Shown here: positions 1 through 7,984 of the stretch, in pieces | Numbering within the stretch: the first letter of the stretch is position 1 | How the letters are laid out: the number at the start of each line of letters is the position of its first letter | Assembly: GCA_037441705.1 (NCBI GenBank) | Contig: JBBIRR010000013.1 | Coordinates: 1-64,000 of the forward strand | Reading direction: 5' to 3' | DNA length: 64,000 nt | DNA from: Ignavibacteriales bacterium | GTDB lineage: Bacteria > Bacteroidota > Ignavibacteria > UBA10030 > UBA6906 | Translations under genes and position numbers: made by a program | The notes under the pieces: generated by a model | The model's database searches: none | Told to the model about the DNA's origin: nothing | What the model saw: only the letters and a program-made list of their open reading frames with translations

Positions 1-121
1 CGAGAGCGGGCAGAAACTCTCCGCCTTCTCTCGCTAAACTGAACATAGAAATCGTTATATGCCATGCTGCGCAAACAAGACTTGAGAGATCAGCAAGGGA
101 CCAACGAATAGGGAGGTGAAC

Positions 122-580
122 ATGGGAAAAATCCTCTTCAAGACAGAAGATTCAAAGCTGAAATCTGAGGTGAACTCTGGTCAGGTACGCCAGGTTGGCT
201 TTCGGAGCGACAGGGATATCCTCAAAAAGCGTTCTGCCAACTATGTGAAGCTCATTTCGTCCCTAGACACTAAGTCTCTAACCGATGTTCAAGGTTGGAA
301 CGAACTAATGGATGCAGTCAAAGAAGAGTTCGGCACCGCCGATGTTGCGAGCGTTCCCATCGGTATTGTTGCCAAATGCTTTCTCGGAGCTCCGTACGAA
401 GTCCACATTCTCGATCTTACCGCGTCGCAGATCATCAACCACTACAAGACATCGGAGCCGATGCCCGGCAGATTTGAAGCCGCCCGGAGCCTGGCACTCC
501 ACGATGTGTATGTTTTCGTCGAGGTGTACCCAGATAAGCTTGTCCTCATCCGCCCAGACGGATCATCAACCAAAGTCTAA
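122..580 (+). CDS. Hypothetical protein, first visible gene of the AAA+ ATPase island operon (152 aa)
   Basis: GGAGG at 112-116 precedes ATG 122 (ORF track starts at GTG 116). Globular-looking sequence containing CFLGAPYEVH. 20 nt gap to the next gene. Confidence 0.8.
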   Translation: MGKILFKTEDSKLKSEVNSGQVRQVGFRSDRDILKKRSANYVKLISSLDTKSLTDVQGWNELMDAVKEEFGTADVASVPIGIVAKCFLGAPYEVHILDLTASQIINHYKTSEPMPGRFEAARSLALHDVYVFVEVYPDKLVLIRPDGSSTKV

Positions 581-600
581 CAACGAAAGGATAGCATACC

Positions 601-2337
601 ATGGCTGAGGGATATATTGACCTTTCGCCCATCTTTAGGGCCATTGAGGTGGTCAACAGCAACGTGGCTGCCGTTAATTCCAACGTTCAGATTCTCTCTG
701 ATCTCCAGCAAGCATTGGCATATAAGCAGGATGCAATGGCGCGCACGCAGCTCGAGATGGATGCCTTGCTCAAATTGCTGAGAGCGGAGTTTGACGATTT
801 CGTTGCCCAGGATCGTAAAGCAAAAAGCCTGCACCTTGCCGAAACGCGTGTTGGAAATCTTCGGCAGGAACTGCAAATCAAGTTTGGCTACTACGCCGAA
901 ATCCGGCGAATGGCAACAGGCATTCTGCAGGCCGCTGATACGGGGATCGTCGGCAATGAGACGATTCAGTCCACGACGGAAGAAGTGATGATCAAAGCCC
1001 CCGGTTACTGGCTTGCGCCGGCACTCGTCTCGCTTGCCTCGTGGATTAGAGACGACAGGGCAACCTGCGAGAAAGCGCTGACCGAGTGCCTCAAACGCGA
1101 CGACTACAAGGCAACACTCTTCTTCATGTTGTTGACACGCCGCCTTGGAAGAACTGAGGCAAGCCTCAGTTGGCTGGAGCGATACTTCCTCCACCAAGAC
1201 CCACAGAATCTTGACCGTGAGTTTATCACGATACTGGAGGGAGTGACCACGGGCGTGTTCCCTCCCGCATCGCGCACGGTGATGATGAAGCATGTAAAGA
1301 GCTGGCTCGACCAATTGACGCAAGGCGACCGTTTCATCAACGAGCAGAAAGCCCAGTGGTTGAAATACTACGAAGGTTCGAAGCCTGCTCTGCCGGAAGA
1401 CAGGTATCCTCTTCTCAAACGATTTGCCAAGAACTGGCCTTTGCTCGAAAACTCTCTCCGGGAGGCAAAATCGCAGGAGATCCTTCACACACATTTCAGC
1501 GGTATCCTTTCCTCCGGCTATGATTTTTCATCTTCCGTCAAAGCGAAGGTGGATGAAATACTCACGCAACTCGTCACCAACTTCGATGATGAAGAGCTTC
1601 CGCTTCAAAAACAAGTCCGACTCAATCAGCTTATCATTGAAAAGGAGGGGGACAAAGATGCAGCGCAAGCTGTGATGGATGCGGAAGAGAGCATCTTCAA
1701 AGAGAAAGTAGATTTTCTTCAGATGCTGACGAATGCCGCGTTCAACCCTGAAGCCGCAGGCGTTACCAAAGTGACGCAGACGCTCGCCGTCTCCATCAGC
1801 CAGCCATGGATTCTGGAAGCGCACGATACGTTCACAGCACAATGCAGGAGCAGGGTGCCGCAGACGGTAGAATTGGTGATTGATGGCTTTGCCACCGCAA
1901 CAAAAGACGGAAGCGATGAGAACGACCAGGTGGCAAAGCAGGAGAGTTTCTATGCCTCCGAACTGGAAAAAGCGCTGAAGGAGGTGCCATTTCCGACTGC
2001 TAATGTAGCCATTGGTGCTTTAATAGCGTTGGGCGGGCTACTGTTGGCCATAAGCGCAACAGTCATCGGGCTAGTTGGTACAGTCATCGGTGGGATAATG
2101 ATCTGGACCAATATCAATAGCATGGAGAAGAAAAAACAGGCAGTGCGAGATATGATTGGTGAAAGAAGAAGGAAAGGGAAGGAAGTCCTCAGAGGCTGCC
2201 TGGCAGAGACCGTCGACTACCGCAAAGAATTGAGAACGGAAGATGCAAAGGCGGAGAATGTGCGTCAGTTGCTCGTCTCCATTACCCCGCAGGATTTCTC
2301 GAGCGTGTCACTCGAAACGGCACGAAATATCATTTGA
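601..2337 (+). CDS. Hypothetical coiled-coil/helical protein with C-terminal hydrophobic membrane hairpin (578 aa)
   Basis: Long ORF with a heptad-like N-terminus. Hydrophobic stretch ANVAIGALIALGGLLLAISATVIGLVGTVIGGIMIW near the C-terminus is followed by a basic helix. Confidence 0.85.
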   Translation: MAEGYIDLSPIFRAIEVVNSNVAAVNSNVQILSDLQQALAYKQDAMARTQLEMDALLKLLRAEFDDFVAQDRKAKSLHLAETRVGNLRQELQIKFGYYAEIRRMATGILQAADTGIVGNETIQSTTEEVMIKAPGYWLAPALVSLASWIRDDRATCEKALTECLKRDDYKATLFFMLLTRRLGRTEASLSWLERYFLHQDPQNLDREFITILEGVTTGVFPPASRTVMMKHVKSWLDQLTQGDRFINEQKAQWLKYYEGSKPALPEDRYPLLKRFAKNWPLLENSLREAKSQEILHTHFSGILSSGYDFSSSVKAKVDEILTQLVTNFDDEELPLQKQVRLNQLIIEKEGDKDAAQAVMDAEESIFKEKVDFLQMLTNAAFNPEAAGVTKVTQTLAVSISQPWILEAHDTFTAQCRSRVPQTVELVIDGFATATKDGSDENDQVAKQESFYASELEKALKEVPFPTANVAIGALIALGGLLLAISATVIGLVGTVIGGIMIWTNINSMEKKKQAVRDMIGERRRKGKEVLRGCLAETVDYRKELRTEDAKAENVRQLLVSITPQDFSSVSLETARNII

Positions 2338-2355
2338 TCAGAGGAGGAGTAAGTC

Positions 2356-2790
2356 ATGGCAAAATCTGAAAAACCTCATTCGGAAGGCAAGGCAACCACA
2401 GCCAATCTCCCTACATGGGATATTCTGCCTCCGTTCCAATTCATCAATCCTCGGACGAGAACTGTTGAACGAAAAGAAGAAACAAAACCAAACGACGCTA
2501 TTCAACCTCCTCGCTCGGTCCTCACACCCTCCGTTGCGCCGACTTCGACCGTTGTTGCGCCGTCATCACCGCAGGTGACGGAAAAATGTCCAGCCTGCGG
2601 TTCGCCTGTCCAGCCAGAGGCAGAGTTCTGCGGTGAATGCGGACTCCGGCTTTCTAATTCTGCAATCGAGGCTCCTCCACATGCTCTCCGGTGCCCTCAT
2701 TGTGGAGCGGAAGTAGAGCATGAGAAGTCGGAGGATACAACCAAGGAACACACTTGTCCAGAATGTGGCAAGAATTTCATCGTAGGGTAA
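2356..2790 (+). CDS. Zinc-ribbon protein (four CxxC pairs) with Pro/Ser/Thr-rich N-terminal linker
   Basis: SD GAGGAGG 2341-2347. Motifs CPACG...FCGECG and CPHCG...CPECG. Stop overlaps the next ATG (TAATG). Confidence 0.85.
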   Translation: MAKSEKPHSEGKATTANLPTWDILPPFQFINPRTRTVERKEETKPNDAIQPPRSVLTPSVAPTSTVVAPSSPQVTEKCPACGSPVQPEAEFCGECGLRLSNSAIEAPPHALRCPHCGAEVEHEKSEDTTKEHTCPECGKNFIVG

Positions 2791-3320
2791 TGTCCTCGCC
2801 TTCTACATACTTTGAGTGGTGTCAGCTCTTGGAGCGTTTTGCGAAAGGAGATGACGGAGTTCTTTCCGAGCTTGAGCAGGGATCGTTTGTCGTTGATGCG
2901 GGAACAGTCTACAGGTTCTACAACAAGGTGCAGGATGCCTACGTTGAGCGAAAGAAACAATGGGCCGACAAGTTCAACCGCTCGTTTCAGATGCAGACCA
3001 TTCGAACGGAGAATGACATCGCCCTTGTGTTGCGCGACGCGAAAGCCAATCTACAACCTCTTGCTCGCCTGATTTCGATAAGCGCATTCCCGAAGGACCT
3101 GCAGGAAACGCTCAAGAAAGACTTCGACGGGTTCATTACCGAGACGAGAAAGAACCTCAGGGAATCCATAAAGAAGAACCACCCCGGCAACGAAAAGCTC
3201 CTGTTTGTCGTGAACACATTTGATTTCTTTGGAAAGGCGAAGGAGAGTGTATCAACCCAGAACTCTCTATCACAACCTGCGTCTGACGTCAACCACCCAA
3301 AACGGAGGATACTGTTCTGA
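2790..3320 (+). CDS. Hypothetical helical protein (176 aa)
   Basis: ATG 2790 overlaps the upstream TAA and its TGA overlaps the ATPase ATG (TGATG). Ends HPKRRILF. Confidence 0.8.
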   Translation: MSSPSTYFEWCQLLERFAKGDDGVLSELEQGSFVVDAGTVYRFYNKVQDAYVERKKQWADKFNRSFQMQTIRTENDIALVLRDAKANLQPLARLISISAFPKDLQETLKKDFDGFITETRKNLRESIKKNHPGNEKLLFVVNTFDFFGKAKESVSTQNSLSQPASDVNHPKRRILF

Positions 3321-4870
3321 TGGCCCACAAATTGGAATTCAAACAAACCCTTCTCAGAATGTTCCGAGCAAGGATCCCTTTTATCTCCATCAACAGCATA
3401 GAACGCGCACGAGTACTTGAAGTTGTTCAGCAGCTCGCCGAAGAGATCAATATTCCGATTTTTGTCCATAGCCTGTCGCACGGGATGATGGATATCAAGA
3501 CAAAGAAGTATATCAACGAGGATCGTTCCGTTGCCGGTGGGCTGGATTTTGCCGTGCAGAACATTGCGCAGCGTCAAAACCTGACGTTCGTCTTCACGGA
3601 AATCACCGACATTGAGGAAGACAATATCGTTTCCCGCCACCTCTACGATTGTGTTGTGCAGGCAATTGATCGGGGGGGCTCGATATGTGTCATCACGACC
3701 AAAGGCATCTGGCCGCAGTTGCAACGCCTCGGCATGACCGTCGTACTCGATCCGCCGAACGAGGAAGAGATGTTGGAAATTGTGAAGGAGTGTGTGACGC
3801 CGTACAAAGGTTCGATCCCTCTTGAGTGGGATGAAAGCGATTACAAAATGGCGGCGACAATTCTTGCAAACATGACCAAGATTGAAGCCGAAAATGTGTT
3901 GGCCACGCAAATGGCAAAAGGCTCGCTGACCAAGGATGATATCAAGGAACTGAGTGCTGCCAAAGACAAACTCTTCAGCAACATCTCAGGTCTTGAGAAA
4001 GTCAGGATTGATCCTAATACCCTTTCGGTCGCGGGATTGGAGGGCCTGCGCAAGTGGTTAGACAATCAACGCCAGCTCCTGACGGCAGATTTGAAGCCGA
4101 GAAAGCTGAGACCGCCGCGAGGAGTTTTGCTGGTCGGAGTTCCCGGTTGTGGTAAGTCGCTTTCTGCCAAGTACATTGCTGCATCGTGGAATCTTCCCCT
4201 TTATCGTCTCGACTTTGCCTCGATTCAAGGTATGTATGTCGGACAATCCGAGAACCGCTTGAAGGACGCATTCGCCTCCGCCGATCATGCAGCGCCATGC
4301 GTTCTGTGGATTGACGAGATCGAGAAAGGATTGTCCGCAAACGCTTCCGACTCGTCGGGTGTTACGACGCGCATGATTGGACAATTCCTGTTCTGGCTGC
4401 AGGAAAGCTCTGCGAAAGTGTTTGTCGCGGCAACTGCCAACGACGTTACCAAACTTCCGCCAGAGCTACTGCGCAGGGGCAGATTCGATGAACTCTTCTT
4501 TGTTGACCTCCCCGCTGAAGCTGAAAGGAAGGATATCATTGATCTCTACATCAGGCGAAACCTCTTGAAACCCCCGTCGACGGAGACCTATGCGAAGCTT
4601 GTTGCACAATCGGAGGGCTTTGCAGGCGCCGATCTCGAAAGTGCGGTGAGGGAGGTAGCGGTTCAAGCCGTTATCCACGGGGACGAGATCGTCAACGATG
4701 ACTTGTACCTGAAGTGTTTCAACAATATCGTCCCGCTCAGCAAGACGGCACCGGAACGGATCGAGGCAATCCGACAGTGGGGACGGGAGCGGGCGGTTCC
4801 TGCATCGGGAATTTCATGGGATGGGGTTCAGGTCGAAAGGCCAGTGGGACGACGGTCAATCTTGCTGTGA
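3320..4870 (+). CDS. AAA+ ATPase, Ycf46/SpoVK-like (degenerate N-terminal module plus intact C-terminal AAA module)
   Basis: Walker A GVPGCGKS, pore loop MYVGQSE, Walker B VLWIDEIEK, second region of homology TANDVTKLPPELLRRGRFD, lid GFAGADLE, and a Ycf46-type tail IEAIRQWGRERAVPAS. Confidence 0.92.
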   Translation: MAHKLEFKQTLLRMFRARIPFISINSIERARVLEVVQQLAEEINIPIFVHSLSHGMMDIKTKKYINEDRSVAGGLDFAVQNIAQRQNLTFVFTEITDIEEDNIVSRHLYDCVVQAIDRGGSICVITTKGIWPQLQRLGMTVVLDPPNEEEMLEIVKECVTPYKGSIPLEWDESDYKMAATILANMTKIEAENVLATQMAKGSLTKDDIKELSAAKDKLFSNISGLEKVRIDPNTLSVAGLEGLRKWLDNQRQLLTADLKPRKLRPPRGVLLVGVPGCGKSLSAKYIAASWNLPLYRLDFASIQGMYVGQSENRLKDAFASADHAAPCVLWIDEIEKGLSANASDSSGVTTRMIGQFLFWLQESSAKVFVAATANDVTKLPPELLRRGRFDELFFVDLPAEAERKDIIDLYIRRNLLKPPSTETYAKLVAQSEGFAGADLESAVREVAVQAVIHGDEIVNDDLYLKCFNNIVPLSKTAPERIEAIRQWGRERAVPASGISWDGVQVERPVGRRSILL

Positions 4871-4880
4871 AGGCCGCTAC

Positions 4881-5201
4881 GTGAAGAACGCGCTCAACAT
4901 CGCCATGATCATCACGCTGATCCCAACCGTCCTTCGACTCGCGTTCAAGAAGGAAATCGGAGCTGAACAGGCAGCACTGATGCTGATAGTCGGAGTGTTC
5001 TTCATTGCGGGCGGCAAACCCCTTGTAAAGATCGTGTCAGCCGTAACCGCACTATACCTTTTTTCCCGAGAGATCACCGGCGGGATCGGAGTCGAGTCGG
5101 TGTTCGGACAACTGATTGCTCTTGCAATCGTGCTCATAGGCTTTTATGTGATGTTCCGTCCGCTGTTTCCTCGTTCGTGGAAGAATGACGACGAGGATTG
5201 A
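4881..5201 (+). CDS. Small integral membrane protein (3-4 TM, 106 aa)
   Basis: GTG 4881 lies 10 nt after the ATPase stop. Almost entirely hydrophobic with an acidic C-terminus (KNDDED). Confidence 0.7.
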   Translation: MKNALNIAMIITLIPTVLRLAFKKEIGAEQAALMLIVGVFFIAGGKPLVKIVSAVTALYLFSREITGGIGVESVFGQLIALAIVLIGFYVMFRPLFPRSWKNDDED

Positions 5202-5384
5202 GTCAGATCTAGCGGGATAGGGAAATACCGCCCACCAAGAAGGAAGGTGTCGCAGCACTAATGTGAACTCATTCTTCAACAAAGCGATGGACAGGCAACA
5301 ATAGTCAGCATGATGGGTCGAGTGCTGGCAAGATATTGAAGTCTATCCAGTCACCTTCAGTTGTACGATAGGAGCTTGATCCGA

Positions 5385-6746
5385 ATGCCCACCTGCCCAA
5401 AATGCGGCCACATCAATGCCGGCGGGAAATTCTGCATCAAATGCGGAACCCGACTCTCTGCTTCATCACCAGAAATTTCCAGACACGAGACATCGAAAGA
5501 CACTGTACTTCCTGCGTCTGCTACTCAACCGATGTCCGTTACACCGGAACCGAAATCTCAGCCGTCAGTCGGGCACGACCAAAGACCCCCTTCCTCTGCA
5601 ACAGGCGGTGTCACTCCAACTTCAGTAGCAATGCCTTTCGATACAAGAAAGTTGGTGCTCATTGCCGGTGCGGCAGTTGTTGTTGTGCTCGTTGGTGTTG
5701 TTCTGTTCCCGCGACTGACGAAGTCTCCACAACAGGAGGCCGCGCACATGGAAAACCCATCTCGTATGTCAACGGAACATGGGGTCACCCCTGCAGCCGA
5801 ACCAACCACTTCCGACACGAGAAGTGTGCAGCTCGTTGCGCCGGAGAGTTGGAGAATTTCTGCAGGGGAACTCTTTGCCCTTGATGGGTCACCTCGGAGT
5901 GCAGCCATCGCTCAACTGATCTCTGACCTCGAGTCACCATACGGTGAGGGTATGCCTTTCACAAAACAAGAGCTGCTGGATTTGCTCTCCCGACCAGAAG
6001 CTCAAGAAGTGTACTATGACAAGATTCTCAAATACGCCACGCCGGTCAGCCTCGAAATCCAAAAGAAGGAACACGAGGACTACACGAAGATTTTCATGAA
6101 GGAGAGCTACCAAAAGGCCGGACTCGACTTTCTGAGGACTCAGCGAGAGTACCTTGATAGGGCTGAACAGGAGTACGGCGTATTGCGACGGGATATTGTC
6201 TCTGTTTTGATTTGGGAATCGGGATTAGGCAAGTTTACCGGCGATTTCCGTGAGTTCAATGTCTTTCTCGGGCTCATTCTCTTTCTTGACAGAGCCCAAA
6301 ATGCCGCGGTGCAGAAATTGGTGGCCGAAGGAAAACCGAATCCACTCAGCAATCCCGCCCACGCCGAAAAGGAACGGAAGCGACTCGACAACCGAAAAGC
6401 CGAGTCAGTGCGGAATCTCGTTGCGCTCTTGCGTCTGTCGAAGCAGATTGGAGCGGACCCGCTCGGCATCACAGGGTCGTGGGGTGGGGCCATCGGCTAC
6501 GTGCAATTCATGCCCTCAAATCTCAAATATGCCGTGGATGGGGACGGTGATGGCAAAGTCAACCTTTCTTCATGGCCTGACGCTATTATGAGTGTCGCCT
6601 ACTACCTCAAGACCCTGGGCAACTACGAATCAACAGATGCAGGTAGGCGACGTGCATTGTTCCGTTACAATCCGAGCAAGGAATATGTTGATGGGGTGAA
6701 GCTTGTGGCGGAGACAATCTGGAGGAGACATTTGAACGGGGAGTAG
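5385..6746 (+). CDS. Zinc-ribbon / single-TM / lytic murein transglycosylase (MltB, SLT_2 family) fusion
   Basis: AGGAG 5370-5374 then ATG 5385. N-terminal CPKCG...FCIKCG. TM LVLIAGAAVVVVLVGVVLF. MltB motifs WESGLG (catalytic Glu), GSWGGAIGYVQFMPS, EF-hand-like DGDGDGKVNL and YNPSKEYV. Confidence 0.88.
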   Translation: MPTCPKCGHINAGGKFCIKCGTRLSASSPEISRHETSKDTVLPASATQPMSVTPEPKSQPSVGHDQRPPSSATGGVTPTSVAMPFDTRKLVLIAGAAVVVVLVGVVLFPRLTKSPQQEAAHMENPSRMSTEHGVTPAAEPTTSDTRSVQLVAPESWRISAGELFALDGSPRSAAIAQLISDLESPYGEGMPFTKQELLDLLSRPEAQEVYYDKILKYATPVSLEIQKKEHEDYTKIFMKESYQKAGLDFLRTQREYLDRAEQEYGVLRRDIVSVLIWESGLGKFTGDFREFNVFLGLILFLDRAQNAAVQKLVAEGKPNPLSNPAHAEKERKRLDNRKAESVRNLVALLRLSKQIGADPLGITGSWGGAIGYVQFMPSNLKYAVDGDGDGKVNLSSWPDAIMSVAYYLKTLGNYESTDAGRRRALFRYNPSKEYVDGVKLVAETIWRRHLNGE

Positions 6747-6959
6747 TCGCTACTTGGGTTTTCTTTTCTCATACTCATTGGACGACATTCAAAAGATGGG
6801 CTCGTTCCCCGGTCGTGTTGGTTCGATACATATGGAAATCGGTGGGACCACCGTGAGCCCTCTCATCCAAGTGAAACGAAGGTAAAGCAAGTATCACTGT
6901 CGTCATCATAAACATCCACCTTACAACCATCCACACATCAATTTCATTGGAGGCACGCA

Positions 6960-7120
6960 ATGTCGCCGGGTCAAATGTGGCAGCGGTAAGAGCATCGAAG
7001 TCAAGTGGGATGAGACCAGCAGGAGGTGTATGTCGCGTATGGGGATGGAGTTATGTGGGGAAAGCATCTTGTGCTGCCGAAGCGATGAGGAAGGCAAAAG
7101 CGTGGTTGTACAACAAGTGA
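6960..7120 (+). pseudogene. Probable frameshifted micro-gene (about 53 aa if repaired)
   Basis: GGAGG 6949-6953 plus ATG 6960. Three small frameshifts give M..RVKCGSGKSIEVKWDETS/EVYVAY/GWSYVGKASCAAEAMRKAKAWLYNK-stop. Reconstruction by eye. Confidence 0.4.
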
Positions 7121-7479
7121 ATCTCTGAGCTTAGTAAGAGGAACAAGACGCTTTGACACAGTCAAGGTACCAATTTGCGGTTTTTGATCATTAAGACCCA
7201 TGTCAATATGATGATCATCTCGGGGCTCACTGTAAGTTAGGTTGCGAGTATTCCACCATTGGAGAGTACGCCAATTCATTTCGCCTTTGGAACGAGAGGT
7301 CTCCCTCATCGTTTGAATTTAGCTTTGTGGCAAAGTTCGACCGTTAACGGAATTCGAAGGCTCAGCCGCAGCGGCAAGGACTAACTGAGAATGCGGACGC
7401 CTACAGGAAGCAGTAGACATAATCGGTAAACCAGTTTGTCATCTAAACAGCACACAATCACAGACAATCGGAGGTTACC

Positions 7480-7674
7480 ATGAGCAGCTACCCATCATGT
7501 CCGCGGTGCGGACGCAAAGCCAAGAAGGCGGCCTTTTCCAACTGGTTCCCCGTGTACACGTGTAGAAAGTGCGGAGAAAAGTATTGCAGCGACTGCGGCC
7601 GCGGCTCTGGAATAACATGTCCTGAGTGTGGCTCGACGGAGTACTCGCAGTATGATAAGGTGTACTCGGAGTAG
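7480..7674 (+). CDS. Small 8-Cys zinc-finger protein (64 aa)
   Basis: GGAGG 7470-7474, ATG 7480. Four CxxC pairs: CPRC, CRKC, CSDC, CPEC. Confidence 0.75.
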   Translation: MSSYPSCPRCGRKAKKAAFSNWFPVYTCRKCGEKYCSDCGRGSGITCPECGSTEYSQYDKVYSE

Positions 7675-7957
7675 GCATTGCTTTTTGATCATGTAATCAC
7701 TCAAATGAAAGAGGATCGGGAATATTCGAACGGCCGAGCATTATCGATTGCCGCGACGTTGACTCATCTCTATTCTCCAGCAGCCGTGCACCCTGATGAG
7801 GCAGACTATCTCAAGAATAGCTTAACCTAACAGAGCCGATTTCGAAAGTCAGAAAGGAGGACATGCGCGACCGACAGAGAGGCATCGCTCCTTCCTTTCG
7901 TCATCCCGACGCAAGGCTTGGCAAAAAAGGAGGAAACCTCGAGCCGAGCATGAAAGG

Positions 7958-7984
7958 AATCCCGGTACGCCGGGATTTTTTTTT
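7958..7984 (+). terminator. Rho-independent terminator
   Basis: AATCCCGG-TACG-CCGGGATT perfect stem running into a T9 tract. Confidence 0.75.

Noticed and set aside
1-33. Imperfect hairpin CGAGAGCGG...CCGCCTTCTCTCG at the window start
   Set aside because: It is cut by the window edge and has no U-tract, so no function can be assigned.
2531-2563. Short direct repeat CCGTTG(TTG)CGCCG
   Set aside because: Only two copies inside a low-complexity coding linker; not a CRISPR or other array.
3320-4870. ATPase as a marker of a contractile injection system or a prophage
   Set aside because: No sheath, tube, baseplate, capsid or integrase genes are visible nearby.
7705-7830. 41-codon ORF MKEDREYSNGRALS...
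   Set aside because: No SD and no recognisable motif, so it cannot be supported as a gene.
7236-7831. GTTAGGT and ACCTAAC complementary pair resembling integron cassette core sites
   Set aside because: There is no attC-like palindrome ending in GTTRRRY after 7831 and no integrase in the window.
7793-7847. CTGATGAG...GAAA resembling a hammerhead ribozyme core
   Set aside because: No stem II closes directly onto GAAA, and I could not build stems I and III.
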